Source: Amoebidium appalachense
Taxonomy: Eukaryota; Protista; Ichthyosporea
Direction: 5' to 3'
DNA length: 64,000 nucleotides
Assembly: GCA_963693365.1 (NCBI GenBank)
Contig: CAVNZM010000013.1
Coordinates: 2,257,817 to 2,321,816 of the forward strand
Each line of letters starts with the position of its first letter. Position 1 is the first letter of the stretch. A model generated the notes under the pieces. That model searched no databases, had not been told where the DNA came from, and saw only the letters and a list, made by a program, of their open reading frames with translations. Positions 28,738 to 42,140 of the stretch are shown piece by piece. A program made the position numbers and the translations under genes.

Positions 28738-29877
28738 TTGGCGCTTCTAGGGACACGGTCGGGGCAGTAGTCTGTGTACAGAACAGTGAGAAGAAGGCAT
28801 GTCCGCAAAACATACAAGGTTAAAAACCTCTAGAAAACCTAATTAGGTGGCAGACGGTGGAACACATACAGAAATGCCAACACACGAGCTAAAAGAGCGC
28901 TTTCCAGGCCAAAAAAAGGACGCTAATTCAATGTCTGCAAGGAAATATCTTACCAGCAGGCCGCCCACTCCAGCGAATGTATACCGCAGCCACTCCATGG
29001 CCACGTAGCTGTGCCTCAGCACGCCTCCTCGTGCCTGTGCCTGTGTGCGTGCTATGGGCGTGTGCCCCTGTGTCTACCTTGGTGTCCCACGCTCACCAGC
29101 CCAACCGGGTGTCCAGCTACCAGGTGGTGTGCCAGGCGGAGCCATACCCCCTACTGCACCGCTTATAAGCCCACACTGCTATTATATCCTATATACCCGT
29201 AGCGCGCACACGTATCCTACAGCACCTATCATCCACACACAGTCTCGTTTTCTCGTTGTCCTGAGCTGTGCCTTTGTGGAGCGGTGGCCGGCCGCTGTGT
29301 GGCTGGCTGGCAGCCTGTTGAAGTTGGCGCCAAAATGTCACGTGACCTGACTGGGCGCTGATTGGGCACAAAAGGCTGCGGCGCATTCCACAGTTGACAG
29401 TTTCAAATACCTGGTCTGCAACACACAGGCGCGCTACAAGTGCCTGTACATATATCTAGTGGAAAGGAGGTGAGTGGAAACTGTGGAAAGGAGGTGAATT
29501 GGGTGTGTGCGCACAGTGCACGCAGAAGGTATGTTTCTCTCTTTGCTCCTTGCATCAAGGCTACGGTAACCTCTTGAGCACCTGTTCAATCGTCCCCACA
29601 CAATTTCGAGCTCTGGTGCTTGCGATTGGCCCGGAGCGCATCACCAAGTGAGCCACATGAATGGTGACATGTTTTTGGTTCTCACTTCTCAGTTTTTGTT
29701 TTTGACAGGCACCAGTCTTTTAGTCGCAATGATTTGGGCTGAGAGATGCTTCTTACACACTCAAAAGCACAAGGAATAAAGACAAACACTTAACGCAACA
29801 TTAACCCCCCCTCTCCCCTCCTCCCCCGCCTCCGGTCCTTCTCCGCCAACACACACACACACACACACACCGTGGCA

Positions 29878-29941
<64 letters not shown>

Positions 29942-30105
29942 ACGCACGCACACACACACACACACCACACACACACACACAGACAGAAAGAGACGGACGC
30001 GCACGCACACACACACACACACACACAGAAACACACGAACACACAAACACACACACGTTCGTACAAAACACGCCAGCACAACGCCCGCACACCCACACGT
30101 CCACC

Positions 30106-31818
30106 ATGGCCGACGCCACACGCTACCTCCCCAACACATACAGCGACCAACTTACCGCCGAGGACTTCTCCCGGTCCCTCAGCACCCTCCAGACCTGCCT
30201 GTCCGCCAGCCTGCCGCGGCTGGAGGCCGCAGTGCAGCGGCACCGAAGCAGCCTGGGTGCAGACCTGTACCAGGGGTGTGCAGGTGCGTGGGAGGTGCCC
30301 CATTGTAGCTGCCTGTGCATGCACTCGCTCACTGGGGGCGCAGGGCTTGCACTTCTGTATTTGCGGCTGCACGACATAGACAGCCAGCTGCAGGCAATGG
30401 GTGCTGGGCCTTTGCTGCCGGCCAACACCAAGAGACAGCGCGCGGGGGGGAAGGACCAGGCAGGGGACAAGGAGAGAGAGGGCCACACGTACCTGCACAC
30501 AGCGGCAGACCTGTTGGACACAGGAAACAAGTCTAGGTGGTTGTATGTGGGTGGCTAGAAAGGGCAGGGAGAAATGTGAAAGGGGAAGGGAGGGAGGGGG
30601 AAGCGTTGTGGGGGGCAGGGGCGATGGGTATGGTCAGGAAGGCATGAGGATTTGCAGGACTTTGTGGGCTGCAGGGTACTAACACTGTGCTGCAGCAAGG
30701 CAGCAAGGGGACCAAGTGTGCTGACGGGCAGTGTGGGCCCACTGGTGGTTGCTGCAGCACTCACTGCCAGAAGGGGACAGAAGGTGGAGGAAGACGTGCT
30801 CGGCAAGGTCGTACGCGTGGTAAAGGGAACCCGTCCTTGAGTCCGTTGCTTACCAAAAAAAAAAAAAAAAAAAAAAAAGAAAAAGAAAGAAAAGAACAAA
30901 AACGAAAATGACTGTAAAAGGAAAAAGGAACTGCTCGCTGTCTAAACTTAGGATTCCGGCTCAGATATTTCCGATATAGACCAACCCTCTCCACACCGAC
31001 CATATGTGCCCAACGTTTGTTTCACAACGATTCATAGCCCTGCCAGGACCAAGCCTCTCCGTGGCTACATAACTAAATGTAGCTCTGCCCCACTGCCACA
31101 AGCACTTATGCCCGTTTAGTTACACACCTGTAACATCTCTAATTTACAATGCACAATCGAAACACACATGAACAGTACACCTGCAACACGCACTGACAAT
31201 ACATGTTCGCCAATATGCATGCAACACATACTAACAATACACATGCAACATGTGCTAACAACACACAAGCAACATGTGCTAACAATACACATGCAGCACG
31301 CACTAAGAATACACATGCAACACGGTACCAATAACACCCATTCACGTGCCCCAACCACACACACTGCGGCTCTCCCAGTATGACAGCCTGGCACCTTCCA
31401 GCCCCTTCGAGGTCCTGTATGGGCTTGCCGGCCACCTGTGGGGCTGCCTGCTGCTGTGGGTGGAGACAGGCAGAGGGAAGGAGGGGGCACTGGTCGACCA
31501 CATGCATAGGGTGGGTATTTTTATTTTATTTATTCATTTTTTTTGGGGGGGGGGGGGGGGGGAGAGAGGGGGGAGGGGCGGGCGGAGAGGTGCGGGGCAG
31601 GGTTCATGAAAGGTAGTAATTAGGTGTGTGTATGGGGTTTGGTGGGGGACCACGTGACGGGATGGCAACTGAGTGTGTGTGTTTGTGGGTGGGTGAGGAG
31701 AGTTGATCAAAAATGGTCCTCCCGTGTTCAATGGTGGGTTTAGAAGGCTGGGTGGCTGCAAAGATATGAGGGACACGCGCCTATTTCTGGGTATCGGCCA
31801 CTGTAATACAAAGCAGCA

Positions 31819-31897
<79 letters not shown>

Positions 31898-32101
31898 AGG
31901 GAGAGAGAGGGAGAGGGAGAGAGAAAGAGAGAGGTGTGTGTGTGTGGGGGGGGGGGGGGGGGGGGGCTGACTTGCGGGTGTGCAGGTGGTCCGTGATCTG
32001 GTGACTGCTGGGAGGGACGGACACAGAAGGGGGGTGGCAGGGGCAGCAGACGTGGGGGAGAAAGAACCTCCCCTGTCCTATGTGGTGAGTGGTGTGTGTG
32101 T

Positions 32102-32170
<69 letters not shown>

Positions 32171-34137
32171 GCACACACGCGGAGGAGTGGATGTGTGTGC
32201 AGTTCTTATGTGAGTGGTTATGTGTGTGTATGTGGATGTATGCTTGTGTATTGTATATGCTTATCGAACCTGGTATAGTATAGTATGTTTGTTGGGCTAG
32301 GTTTACCAGGAAATTCTATGATATTGTCGATGGGAGGCTTTGGAACCAGCGTTCGGCAAGGATCCACTGTGGAAAGGATTTGAAGAATCACAATCCACAT
32401 GCTCAATATTTGGATAGTTTATATCTGCTTCAGGAATCCCATGGTACAGGCATGACATAATCACCATCCAAGGTGTGTGTGAAGCACAGTCAGTCCTAGG
32501 TGGCACTGATGAGGGGAGGAACGGAGAGGGAGGGGGGTGAGGGTGGGGGAGAAGGATTGCCGCCCATAATGTTCGATTGCAGGGGGGCAGGTATGCGGGT
32601 GAGCTCAAGGTGTGTGGGTGGTGTCTGAGCACACACGTGTGTGTATTGGGGCCATGCACACTGTTTAGCAAGGCACGTGGGGGTGTTGGGGCCATGCACA
32701 CTGTTTAGCAAGGCACGTGGGGGTGTTGCTGACATGCACGTGCACAGTGGCGCGACAAGCCCTACCTGGGGGCGGCTCACGGCCTGGCAGGTGGGTGCTG
32801 TGTCTGTCTCTTGTGTGACTGACTGTGATGTAAATGGCCAAGGGGGTGGGGGGGTGGAGGTAGGTGGGTATGGTTGGCCTGGCATGGGGTGTGGATGTGC
32901 ATAGGATGGGGTGTGGATGTGCATAGGATGGGGTGGGGCGGGGTGGGTGGGGCGGGTGGGGTGGGTGGGTGGGTGGGTGGGTGGGTGGGTGGGTGGGTGG
33001 GTGGGTGGGTGTATGGGGGTGTGTGGGGGGGGGGAAGGGGGGGGGGGGATTATTTCTGGTTCATGCAGGCATTGTGCATGTGCTGCTGCTGACCGAGATG
33101 GCGCTGGGGGGGTGTGAGGGTGCGGAGGAGGTTCGGGCCTGTGTGGACTATCTGATTGGCTGGGAGCTGCCCTCCTGCAACTATGCGTAGGTGCACACTG
33201 CCTGCCAGCTCGTGCAAGTGTGCACTGCCTGCATGCAGCCACACATGCACACTGCCTGCATGCAGCCACACATGCACACTGCCTGCATGCAGCCACACAT
33301 GCACACTGCCTGCATGCAGCCACACATGCACACTGCCTGCATGCAGCCACACATGCACACTGCCTGCATGCAGCCACACATGCACACTGCCTGCATGCAG
33401 CCATACATGCACACTGCCTGCATGCAGCCACACATGCACACTGCCTGCATGCAGCCACACATGCACACTGCCTGCATGCAGCCACACATGCACACTGCCT
33501 GCATGCAGCCACACATGCACACTGCCTGCATGCAGCCACACATGCACACTGCCTGCATGCAGCCACACATGCACACTGCCTGCATCCAGCCACACATGCA
33601 CACCGCCTGCATCCAGCCACACATGCACACTGCCTGCATGCAGCCACACATGCACACTGCCTGCATGCACGTGTGTGCCACACACCGAAGATCCCTGGTG
33701 CATGCCCCAGCCACACATCACCATTGGGCACGTGTGTCTCATCCCGATATCAGCCAAGGCCTCTCCCCTGTGCATGGCATCCTAAGCACTCGCACCAAAT
33801 CCCCCCCCCTCCTCCCTCCCCCTCGTTGCCCCCCTCCCCCCCCCCCCTTTCCCCCCCTACCTCCTTCCCTGGCAGCCTCACCCATGGTGCCACAAGGACT
33901 GATTAAACACAAAAAGGCCACTCCTTGTTACATGCTGCCAGCCGCCACTCTTCAAGCCTGCCCTTTAACATGGTGTGCACACTATATTCAAGCAGCCAAT
34001 GAAAACACTTGAACGCAATGCAACACACATTCACAACACACACATTGACACACACATCCACACACACACATTCACTCAAATACGTGCTTGCACAAACTGT
34101 ACATCCACATACACACACACACACACACACACACATA

Positions 34138-34181
<44 letters not shown>

Positions 34182-35040
34182 ACCAAGGTAGAGTCCAGGG
34201 CCCACATACGGGACCGACTGTGCCAGTGGTGCCATGGTGCCCCAGGCATGTGCCTGCTGCTGTGTGCCGCATACACACACTACAAGGATGAGAAGTATGT
34301 AAACAACCTTCCCCCCCCCCCCCCCCTCTTTCCCCCCGGAGCCATCGTTTAAATCCCACCAAACGACCAAAAAGCAATAGATTTCTACAGCTGCTAACCA
34401 TAGATATGTGTTGCTTCTTGTGTGGTGGTAGTAAAATACAACTGGGCTCCGTAGGCTAGCTTTTACCATATCACTACCCATACATATTCACTATCATCGG
34501 GCATGCTCACCTTTTCTCTATAGTCGGATCCGGTATGCACACCTATTCACTAAAACTGTTTACGCACACCTATTCGCTACGATTGATACGCACACCTATT
34601 CACTAAAACCATTCATCCACACCCATGCATGCAAAATTTACATGACAAACACATATTCACACTCGTCATACACACACGTATTCACTATACTCATTTACCG
34701 ACACCTTATTATGCACACACACGAGAGCCCGTAAACTAAATTATGTACACCACCATGGCCACCACCAACACAGCCCCCCCCCCCCTCCCCCCCCCAACCA
34801 CCACCACCACCACCACCACCACCACTTAGGTACCTCTCAGCTGCCACCCGTGCAGGAGAGTGTGTGTGGGCCCTTGGTCTGCTGCACAAGGGGGGCTGCC
34901 TGTGCCACGGTGTGGGGGGCAATGGCCTGGCCCTATTGGCCCTCTACCGGGTGTCTGGTCACGTGCTGTGGCGAAACAGAGCACTGGCCTTTGCAACCTA
35001 CTGCGCACACAGCCTGCTGGACTGGCTCGATGTACGTGGC

Positions 35041-35088
<48 letters not shown>

Positions 35089-35882
35089 ACCTCCTCCCCC
35101 AAGGGCCGTCTTCTCCCTCTTCCCCTCTAGCACACATACACACACCCGCCCGCACATCCACCAACCTACTGAACCGCTCACCCGGGGCTGGCTTTTCTCC
35201 TGCCCCAAACAAGCACCTATGTGAACACACGGTGTTGCGAAACCCCTGCGGTGGAATTTCAAAGCAGATCTCTGCAAGGTAGTGCTGCCACCAGTACATA
35301 GCACGGCAATTCAACAAGCGGCTAACAAATCGTGTTTGTGTACGTAAGTAGAGTCATACGGGTGGGCAAAATAAAGGTGCTCATTGCCATCACGATCAGG
35401 TCACATGTAATGCATTCAGCTTTATGTGCACATGTACATGCTCCGCGGAACTCGTACACACATCCGACATACCCATGCCAGCATGCCAGCTTGTCACCTC
35501 ACAGTGGCCTGCATGCATGTGTATGATCATGTGCATCCACGTAACAAGTATGTCACTTACGGTAAGGTAAATATGCCCATGTGCACCCTCTCCCAAAGGC
35601 ACCTATGTGCTCTGAAGATTGCCCCCCATGGGTGCACACCCCCTTTGGGCACGCTGGCAGACCGTACCTGACCCACACTATGCACCACGTGCAGGGTGCA
35701 GACACAGGCAGTCACGTGGGGCCCTACACGGGGGCCAGTGGGGGGCTGCTGCTGGTGGCAGACATGGTGGGCCTGCTGGTCTGTGAGGGGGTGGGGGGGG
35801 GGGCTACTGGCTGGGGGGTGGGGACACACCGCCTCCCTTCTGGCCACTGCCTGGCTTCCAGCTGCCCCAAGTGGACACGTAA
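30106..35882 (+). CDS. LANCL: LanC-like protein (LANCL family), 10 exons: 30106-30283, 30344-30536, 30696-30819, 31379-31510, 31986-32084, 32748-32790, 33069-33186, 34181-34294, 34830-35031, 35695-35882; frameshift in G-run ~35793-35803
   Basis: [63 protein letters not shown], terminal LPGFQL; Zn ligands (Cys, Cys, His) and catalytic His present. Confidence 0.93.
33220..33668. repeat. 27-bp intronic minisatellite, ~16 copies
   Basis: cacactgcctgcatgcagccacacatg tandem array in LANCL intron 7. Confidence 0.95.
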
Positions 35883-37779
35883 CTGGGGGTGGCAAGACTA
35901 CGCCATTATATAGGGCACCATGCTTGATTTCGAACTTTCTGATGCCACAACATGAATTTTGGAAGACGAAGGGGAAGTGTGGGGTTGTGTGGTCTCTGGT
36001 GTCTGTAAAAGCCAAAACCAAGGAAAGACATCGGCAAATATGTGTAATCATATGATTAGATGGGATGCACAAGCAGGCCTATGCAACTGGGCCCTAGTAG
36101 CCCGCCTACTGGGCCTGCACGGAAACCAGACCGTTGGTACCAGACACCCATCGGAGGATTGTGCAACGGTTTGGTGCTTTTCCACTCCGACCTGTATACA
36201 CGTTACATGTTATCAAAATGGTGTTGTTTGTCCTTGTGCCATGGTGAGCAAGTTCTATCCGTCTTATGTGGAAAGGGGAGGGGGGAGAAGGGGCAACGCC
36301 GACAGCTGACAAGTCTTGCTGTGTTATTCTTGCTTGCACTTTATTGGTTGCCCAGTTTGGGCCATGGTGGTACCAGATATGTACAGTGTGCTTCGGGGGA
36401 GACGGGGACTAAAACGAATTTCAATTCTTGTCGGGGGGAGGGGGGTTGGTGGGATGCAAAGGAAAGGTGTGGAGGGGACAGGCAAGGGATGTGAAGTAAT
36501 CCACCGGAGTCCAGCACTTGCACCAGTCGTGTACCTGCAGACGAGGATGGGGGTCAGTGGCTGAGGGCACACACAGGACACAAAGAGAGTGTGTGGTGCA
36601 GCTCTTCAGTGTGTGTTGTGTAAACAGATGCCATGTGGCATTCAGACGGCTTTTCCTATCAAGAATTATGTTTAATATCATCATCTGAGCAGCATCGGTA
36701 TTGGTGGAAACAGGCACGAGCGTATGCTTTGATGCTTACCTGCAAAAGGACACCCGAATAGGCCCGTGGCGTGCACGTCTGGCCAGACCACCGGAGAGCC
36801 CCTGCACAGAAAAGAGCTGTGAGAAAGGAACACTAGGACACCACACAGAGCATAGGTGTGTAGAAGCTCATCAGTAAAAGAGACATTCACCAAACAGCCC
36901 GAAGGCATTCTGTCCGCCCGTCTCTTTGCTGTCATCACCTGGCCGCCTATCCACCACAACCACACCCACACATATGTAACTGCCACCAGACCACACATAA
37001 AACACAGCCTCAAGGCTCACCTTGTGTGGCTGGGGTGTCGGTGCCTGGCTATAGGTAGGTAGAGGGGGCGCCTGCCCAAGAAAAGACAAAGTTAGCAAAG
37101 GGGCACAAAGCCTGGTACGGACAAAGAGGAGGCGTGGTGCCGTCAGACAAGGCTGAAACTTAGTTTGGTTGTGACTTCAATAGCCAATCGGCCAATCAGT
37201 AGCTGTTTCTCATCAGAGGCACCCGCACAGGGAGTAAGCACAAACGAAGACAAAGAGGTCTGGGGGAACAAGGTGTGCTACAAGCACAACACCAGGGCAA
37301 CAGTACACGCAGGACACTATCAAAATGTTCACCACACGCACGCACACGAGCGGGTCCACACATATTCGAGTCACTCTATCAGGTTACTCACCCTGCGTGT
37401 CTACATTGTTCACTTTGTTGAAATGACACGAAGAGAGGATGCGCCGCCTTTTTGAACTTTTGAAGGTGGCACACGTGGATCAATGTGGAGGGAAAAGGGC
37501 CAAACCGAACTGCCATATATGGTTGGTTTGCTTGCTGATTGGTCTAAAGTTGAGCCGCGATCGCAATTGCACCAATCACCGCGAAGTGACTTTGTTGACT
37601 CAGGAGTCCGAGACTCCGAGTCCAGCTGGCCGGCCGCCCGGGGCCAAGTCTTCGCCAAAAAAAAAAAGAAAGAAAGGATGAAAGAATAAAAAAGGTGTTC
37701 ATAATTAGTTTGCAAGTAATTTCCAGAGCCTCAATACTTACCCCAATAGAACGCCAACGATAAATAGGCTCATCTTCCA

Positions 37780-38021
37780 TCTACAATTGGCTGCCGTTGC
37801 CCTGCATCTGGCTTGCCCAGTTGTACGAATTGTTGAACACACACAGTGCGTACAAAGAGCAACAGTGCACCCTGCAAGCGCAGGCCTGTCAGTCAAGACG
37901 CTAGTTACCTTACTCATTTTTCTGGCATTACCATAACTCTTGCTGTGGCAGTCCAGCTCATTGGTGAAATCGTTGCACAACACCCCCTTCGGTTCACCTA
38001 AGTGCCGTGCACGGCCCTCAC
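37780..38021 (-). mobile_element. Possible Kyakuja-Dileera-Zisupton (KDZ) transposase relic
   Basis: LDCHSKSYGNARKMSK, then (after a 37-nt GT..CTGAC..AG segment and a 1-nt shift) GALLLFCTHCVC, resembling the C..K.Y....GhhhhhC.H.hC motif of KDZ transposases; truncated. Confidence 0.35.
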
Positions 38022-39671
38022 CTGCTCTGCTGGCGCGAACAAAACACCGAGAGCACGTAACAACATATTACCTACGGATTGAACATTACAACGCCATCAC
38101 TGTTCGCAATTCTATTAGGGTGAACCGATGACATCAGGGGTGCGTAATAATATAGGCCAAGTTAGCTGCAGCAGCGATACCACCTCACAAGAGCAAAAGT
38201 CGTTTGACACAGAAGGTGCTAGTATGCTGTACCAGAGGATATACTCTTCATGGCTTGATATATTGGCATATACGCAAAAACGCTCATAAACGCCACACCA
38301 GCACGCAAAGCACACGCAAAGCATGTGGTTTGATCAGGACTGGTCAAGGCATTAGCCGGAGCAAGTGTATAGCTAGCGCTTGTCTGGCCATAAAACTCGA
38401 GCGCATCCTGATCTCGCTCGCCACGAGCTGAGTTACTACGTCCAAGATAACTATTCAAATTGCATACTGCATTTAGTTCTACGGTCCGTGTTTTCTGTGT
38501 AGGGATATCGATAGCAGCCTTCCCCGGCAGCCTACGGGGTGTATGGACGGACCTTAGTTAGCTTTGTGGAAATCTTCAAATCTGCGCCACGGTGTGGCCC
38601 GTGGGTGGCCTGTGCACGCCTTTACGAATAGTGCGCATACATTAGTGAGCACACTTACGTACACCTGCTGCGCTAGTCTGCTTCTATGTGTACGGAGGTG
38701 TACGGTAAGTACTGAGTGTTACTGCATTGGGATCTCTGCGTAGCCGAAATGCCGTCAAAATGTTTCAGACAACCGCTACAAGCTTAGCCGTTTTAGGTCG
38801 AGGCATCGTACACGTGCCCATACGGTTTTTGTGTGTGTGTTTGTGTGCGTGTGTGTGTGTGTGCGTGTGCGTGTGTGTTTTGTGTCTGTGTGTGCGTGCA
38901 GGTGTGTGAGAGGGGGGAAGCCTCCGCGGGTGTCCGGAGCTCATCAGTATTGTGGGCGTCACTCTGACGTCATATGCTGCCGTGCACAACGATTGGTTGA
39001 CCTATTCCATTCTGCACGCTGATTGGGTTCCTAAATTACGAATTGTTAATTGGCTGCCTCGGCACCACCGTGACCTGTTTGAATTCGTGTTTTGTCTCTT
39101 TTTGTGACGTTAGCCGCTGTGCGAAAGACACCTGCTTTATCTCGACCGGGTGGGGTTTCACCGTGCCACACATATAATAAAACGCAGCACATATATGTAG
39201 CCACATGCTCCATGCAAAGCTTGTACAACGTGCGCTATATACCCTAACTATACGTAAACAGTCGCCGCGGCGGTCAAAACCGTAAAGTTTTGGCTATAAC
39301 TACTGCGCATGCGAGCAGCGGACATCGTTTGATGAAACCCTCTTGTTTTCTTCTAGCCACGCGTCCATTTCAGGCACGTGTCATACACCTGGTGATAGCA
39401 CTACACAGCCTGGGCCTTTATATCTATGTCTTGCTTTTGATATAACTATGCACAGCTTGCCAATAACTCAGCGCTAGCCAGCTATAGCGACGCCTCACTT
39501 GCAGCCTCATCAGCTTCCAATAGAACACACATGCGGGACATCTACTGCTAGCTTGCAGCTCTGCCCATGCATTTCTGCTGCCAAGCCACCACCCACGGTC
39601 CATGCACTAGTGGGCCTGTCACAGCCACCCACTTAACCGGACCATATAATACCAACAAGTGAGCTGCCACC

Positions 39672-42102
39672 ATGGTCCACAGGCACGTTTTCCCTGTGTT
39701 TTATCGTGTGTCCCTCTTTCTCCTCTTCGTTCTAGCATGCACGGCACATGCAGCACACGAGTCCAGCCATGGCCACACAAACAACACCACATCGACGCCA
39801 CCCGACCAGACCAGCAGCAAGATAGTCGGGGGCTATGAGGTGCTCACGGCACGCAACTGGCAGGGCCTTTTGGTGTGGTATGACGACCAGGGCCAAATGC
39901 AGACGGTCTGTGGATGCACTTTATTGGCGGCACGGTGGGTCATCACGGCCGGTCATTGTGTCAACCCAACAAACAAGGTGGATGCATATGGTGTGCCCCC
40001 AATCAGCAGGGTGCAGGTGGGTGGCTTGTGGTGTGGCTGGTTCAAGCGTGTTGGGTGAGACTGTAAGAAACGGTTGGCTGTCACCCTTGCCCCATCTATA
40101 ATAGGCAATGCATAAGCTTTTTCTGTTGATCACGGTGGGAGCAATGCCCAGCGACAATACTTGTCGTCTGCTGCACAATCCTTCTTCTCCCTCTTCCACC
40201 TCCAGCTCTCCCCTTGTCCTCGTGTCTATTCCCCCTCCCCCCCCCCCCCTCCCCTCCCCTCCCGCCCCCCCCCCCCCTCCCCGCATCATAGTGCCTTTGA
40301 TTTGGCACTGTGTGAGCCAACTACCATGACCTTCCAACAACAGTTAATACAAGAAGGCTTCTATTTCTCTATTACTACTGTGTCCCCCGGTATCTGCTGT
40401 CAAAACTTGGCACTTCTTTGGGCGTGCCAAGTAAACTATTTTCTGCCTACAACCGCTCTCCCTTCCCCACACTCCCATACTCCCTCCTCGATAGGTGAGC
40501 TCCATCCTAACGAACTCCTGTCTCCCCCTTTCCCCTCACCCTCACCCTTCCCCCGTTCCCCTCCTCAATCAACTCACTCCTCTCTTTCTCCGTCGGATAA
40601 ACGAGTTGGTTCCTTGCGGTGCTGCCAACAGGCTTGCTTGTCCTTCTCCCCCCCTCCCCCTCCCGCCCCTCCCCCCCTCCCCCCTTCCCCCGACTTTCCC
40701 CCAAGGATGGGTTCGGTTTATAATGCATACTCCTTAAACGTGCTTTGCAAAGTCTGGATTGTGTTTGCCGTCGAGAATGTTTGTTTGCTTCGTGCCTTTT
40801 AACACATCCCCCTCCCCCCCCCCCACCTCCCTCCCCCCCTCCCCCTCCCCTCCCCCCCCCCCCCCCCCGCATCACGCACACAGGTGTGGCTTGGTGGGCT
40901 CAACACAGCCTATGGTCTCTACCCCTCACCTGGGGGCAGTAAATTCACCTCCTACCACATATCCAGCTACCGTATACACCCCCAATACGACCCCGATACT
41001 CTGGGCTATGACGTGGCGCTAGTGCAGCTATCGACCAGTGCTGGTGGGCCCTATGTGGGGGTGTGCAGTCAGGGGTGGTGTGAGGCGGCAGGCATCCGGG
41101 TGCTGGTGGGGGGGTGGGGGTCTACGGTGCCCAGTGGGGACAGCAGATACAAGAGCATCGTGCTGAGAGAGGTGAGGGGCCCTAGTATCGGTTTTGTTGT
41201 GTTTCCCTTCCCCCCAACTCACACCCGCACTCACACGCTGGCTCAACTTTCTCCTCCCAACCCCTCCTCTTCCCTCATACCTCTCCCCTCCACCCCTCCC
41301 CCCCCCCCCCCCCCCCCCACCACACACACACAACACAAAATCTATCCGCCCAATTCCTTTATTTAACACAGACGCACCCACCCACACGCAAGCACACACG
41401 CACGCACGCACGCACGAACACATGCACACGTACACACACAGACACACACACACATTATTTGGTTTTTGAGACAAAGGTCGATGATCGCTGAATGAAACTA
41501 GCATCCCCCGTTCCCACCTCCTGCCTTTTCCACAGCCCTCCCCCCCCCCCCCCCCCCCCCCCCCCCCGCTCCCCCCCGCGCCTCCACACCATTAAAAAAT
41601 GAATTAAAAAGAAAGATTAATAGAGCTTTCCGAAAAACACCAACACCACACATGGTCTACATACACTAAAAGATGTTAGCTGACTCGGGGTCGTTCTTGT
41701 GCAAACTGATCCCCTTTTGGTTATTGCGCGTGTGTTCGGTGGGGTTGGATGGTGGGTGGGTGTGTTGGGGGTTAGGGCGGGAGGGTGGGGGGGGAGGAAG
41801 GGGGGATGGAGGGAGGGGGGGAGGAAGGAGGGAGTTGGGAAGGTGGGGAGGTGGGGGAGGTTGGAAGGGGGGAGGGTTGGATGGGAAAGGAACATAGCGA
41901 ACTGGCTGGGTAGTGTCTGTGTGTGTTGTGTGCTCCTGTGCGTGGTGACTATGGTGGTCGTTGTGATTGTGGTGGTGGTGGTGGAATTGCTGGTGGTTTG
42001 ATAATTTTTATTCTTTTCTTTCCTTTCTTTCTTTCTTTTAATCTTTCTTTCTTTCTTTCTTTCTTTCTTTTTTTTTTTTTTTTTTGGGGGGGGGGGGGGG
42101 GG

Positions 42103-42140
<38 letters not shown>

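Noticed and set aside
33050-34012. Long repetitive ORFs ([18 protein letters not shown]) resembling metallothionein-like or RiPP precursor proteins
   Set aside because: They are translations of a 27-bp minisatellite open in all six frames, inside a LANCL intron
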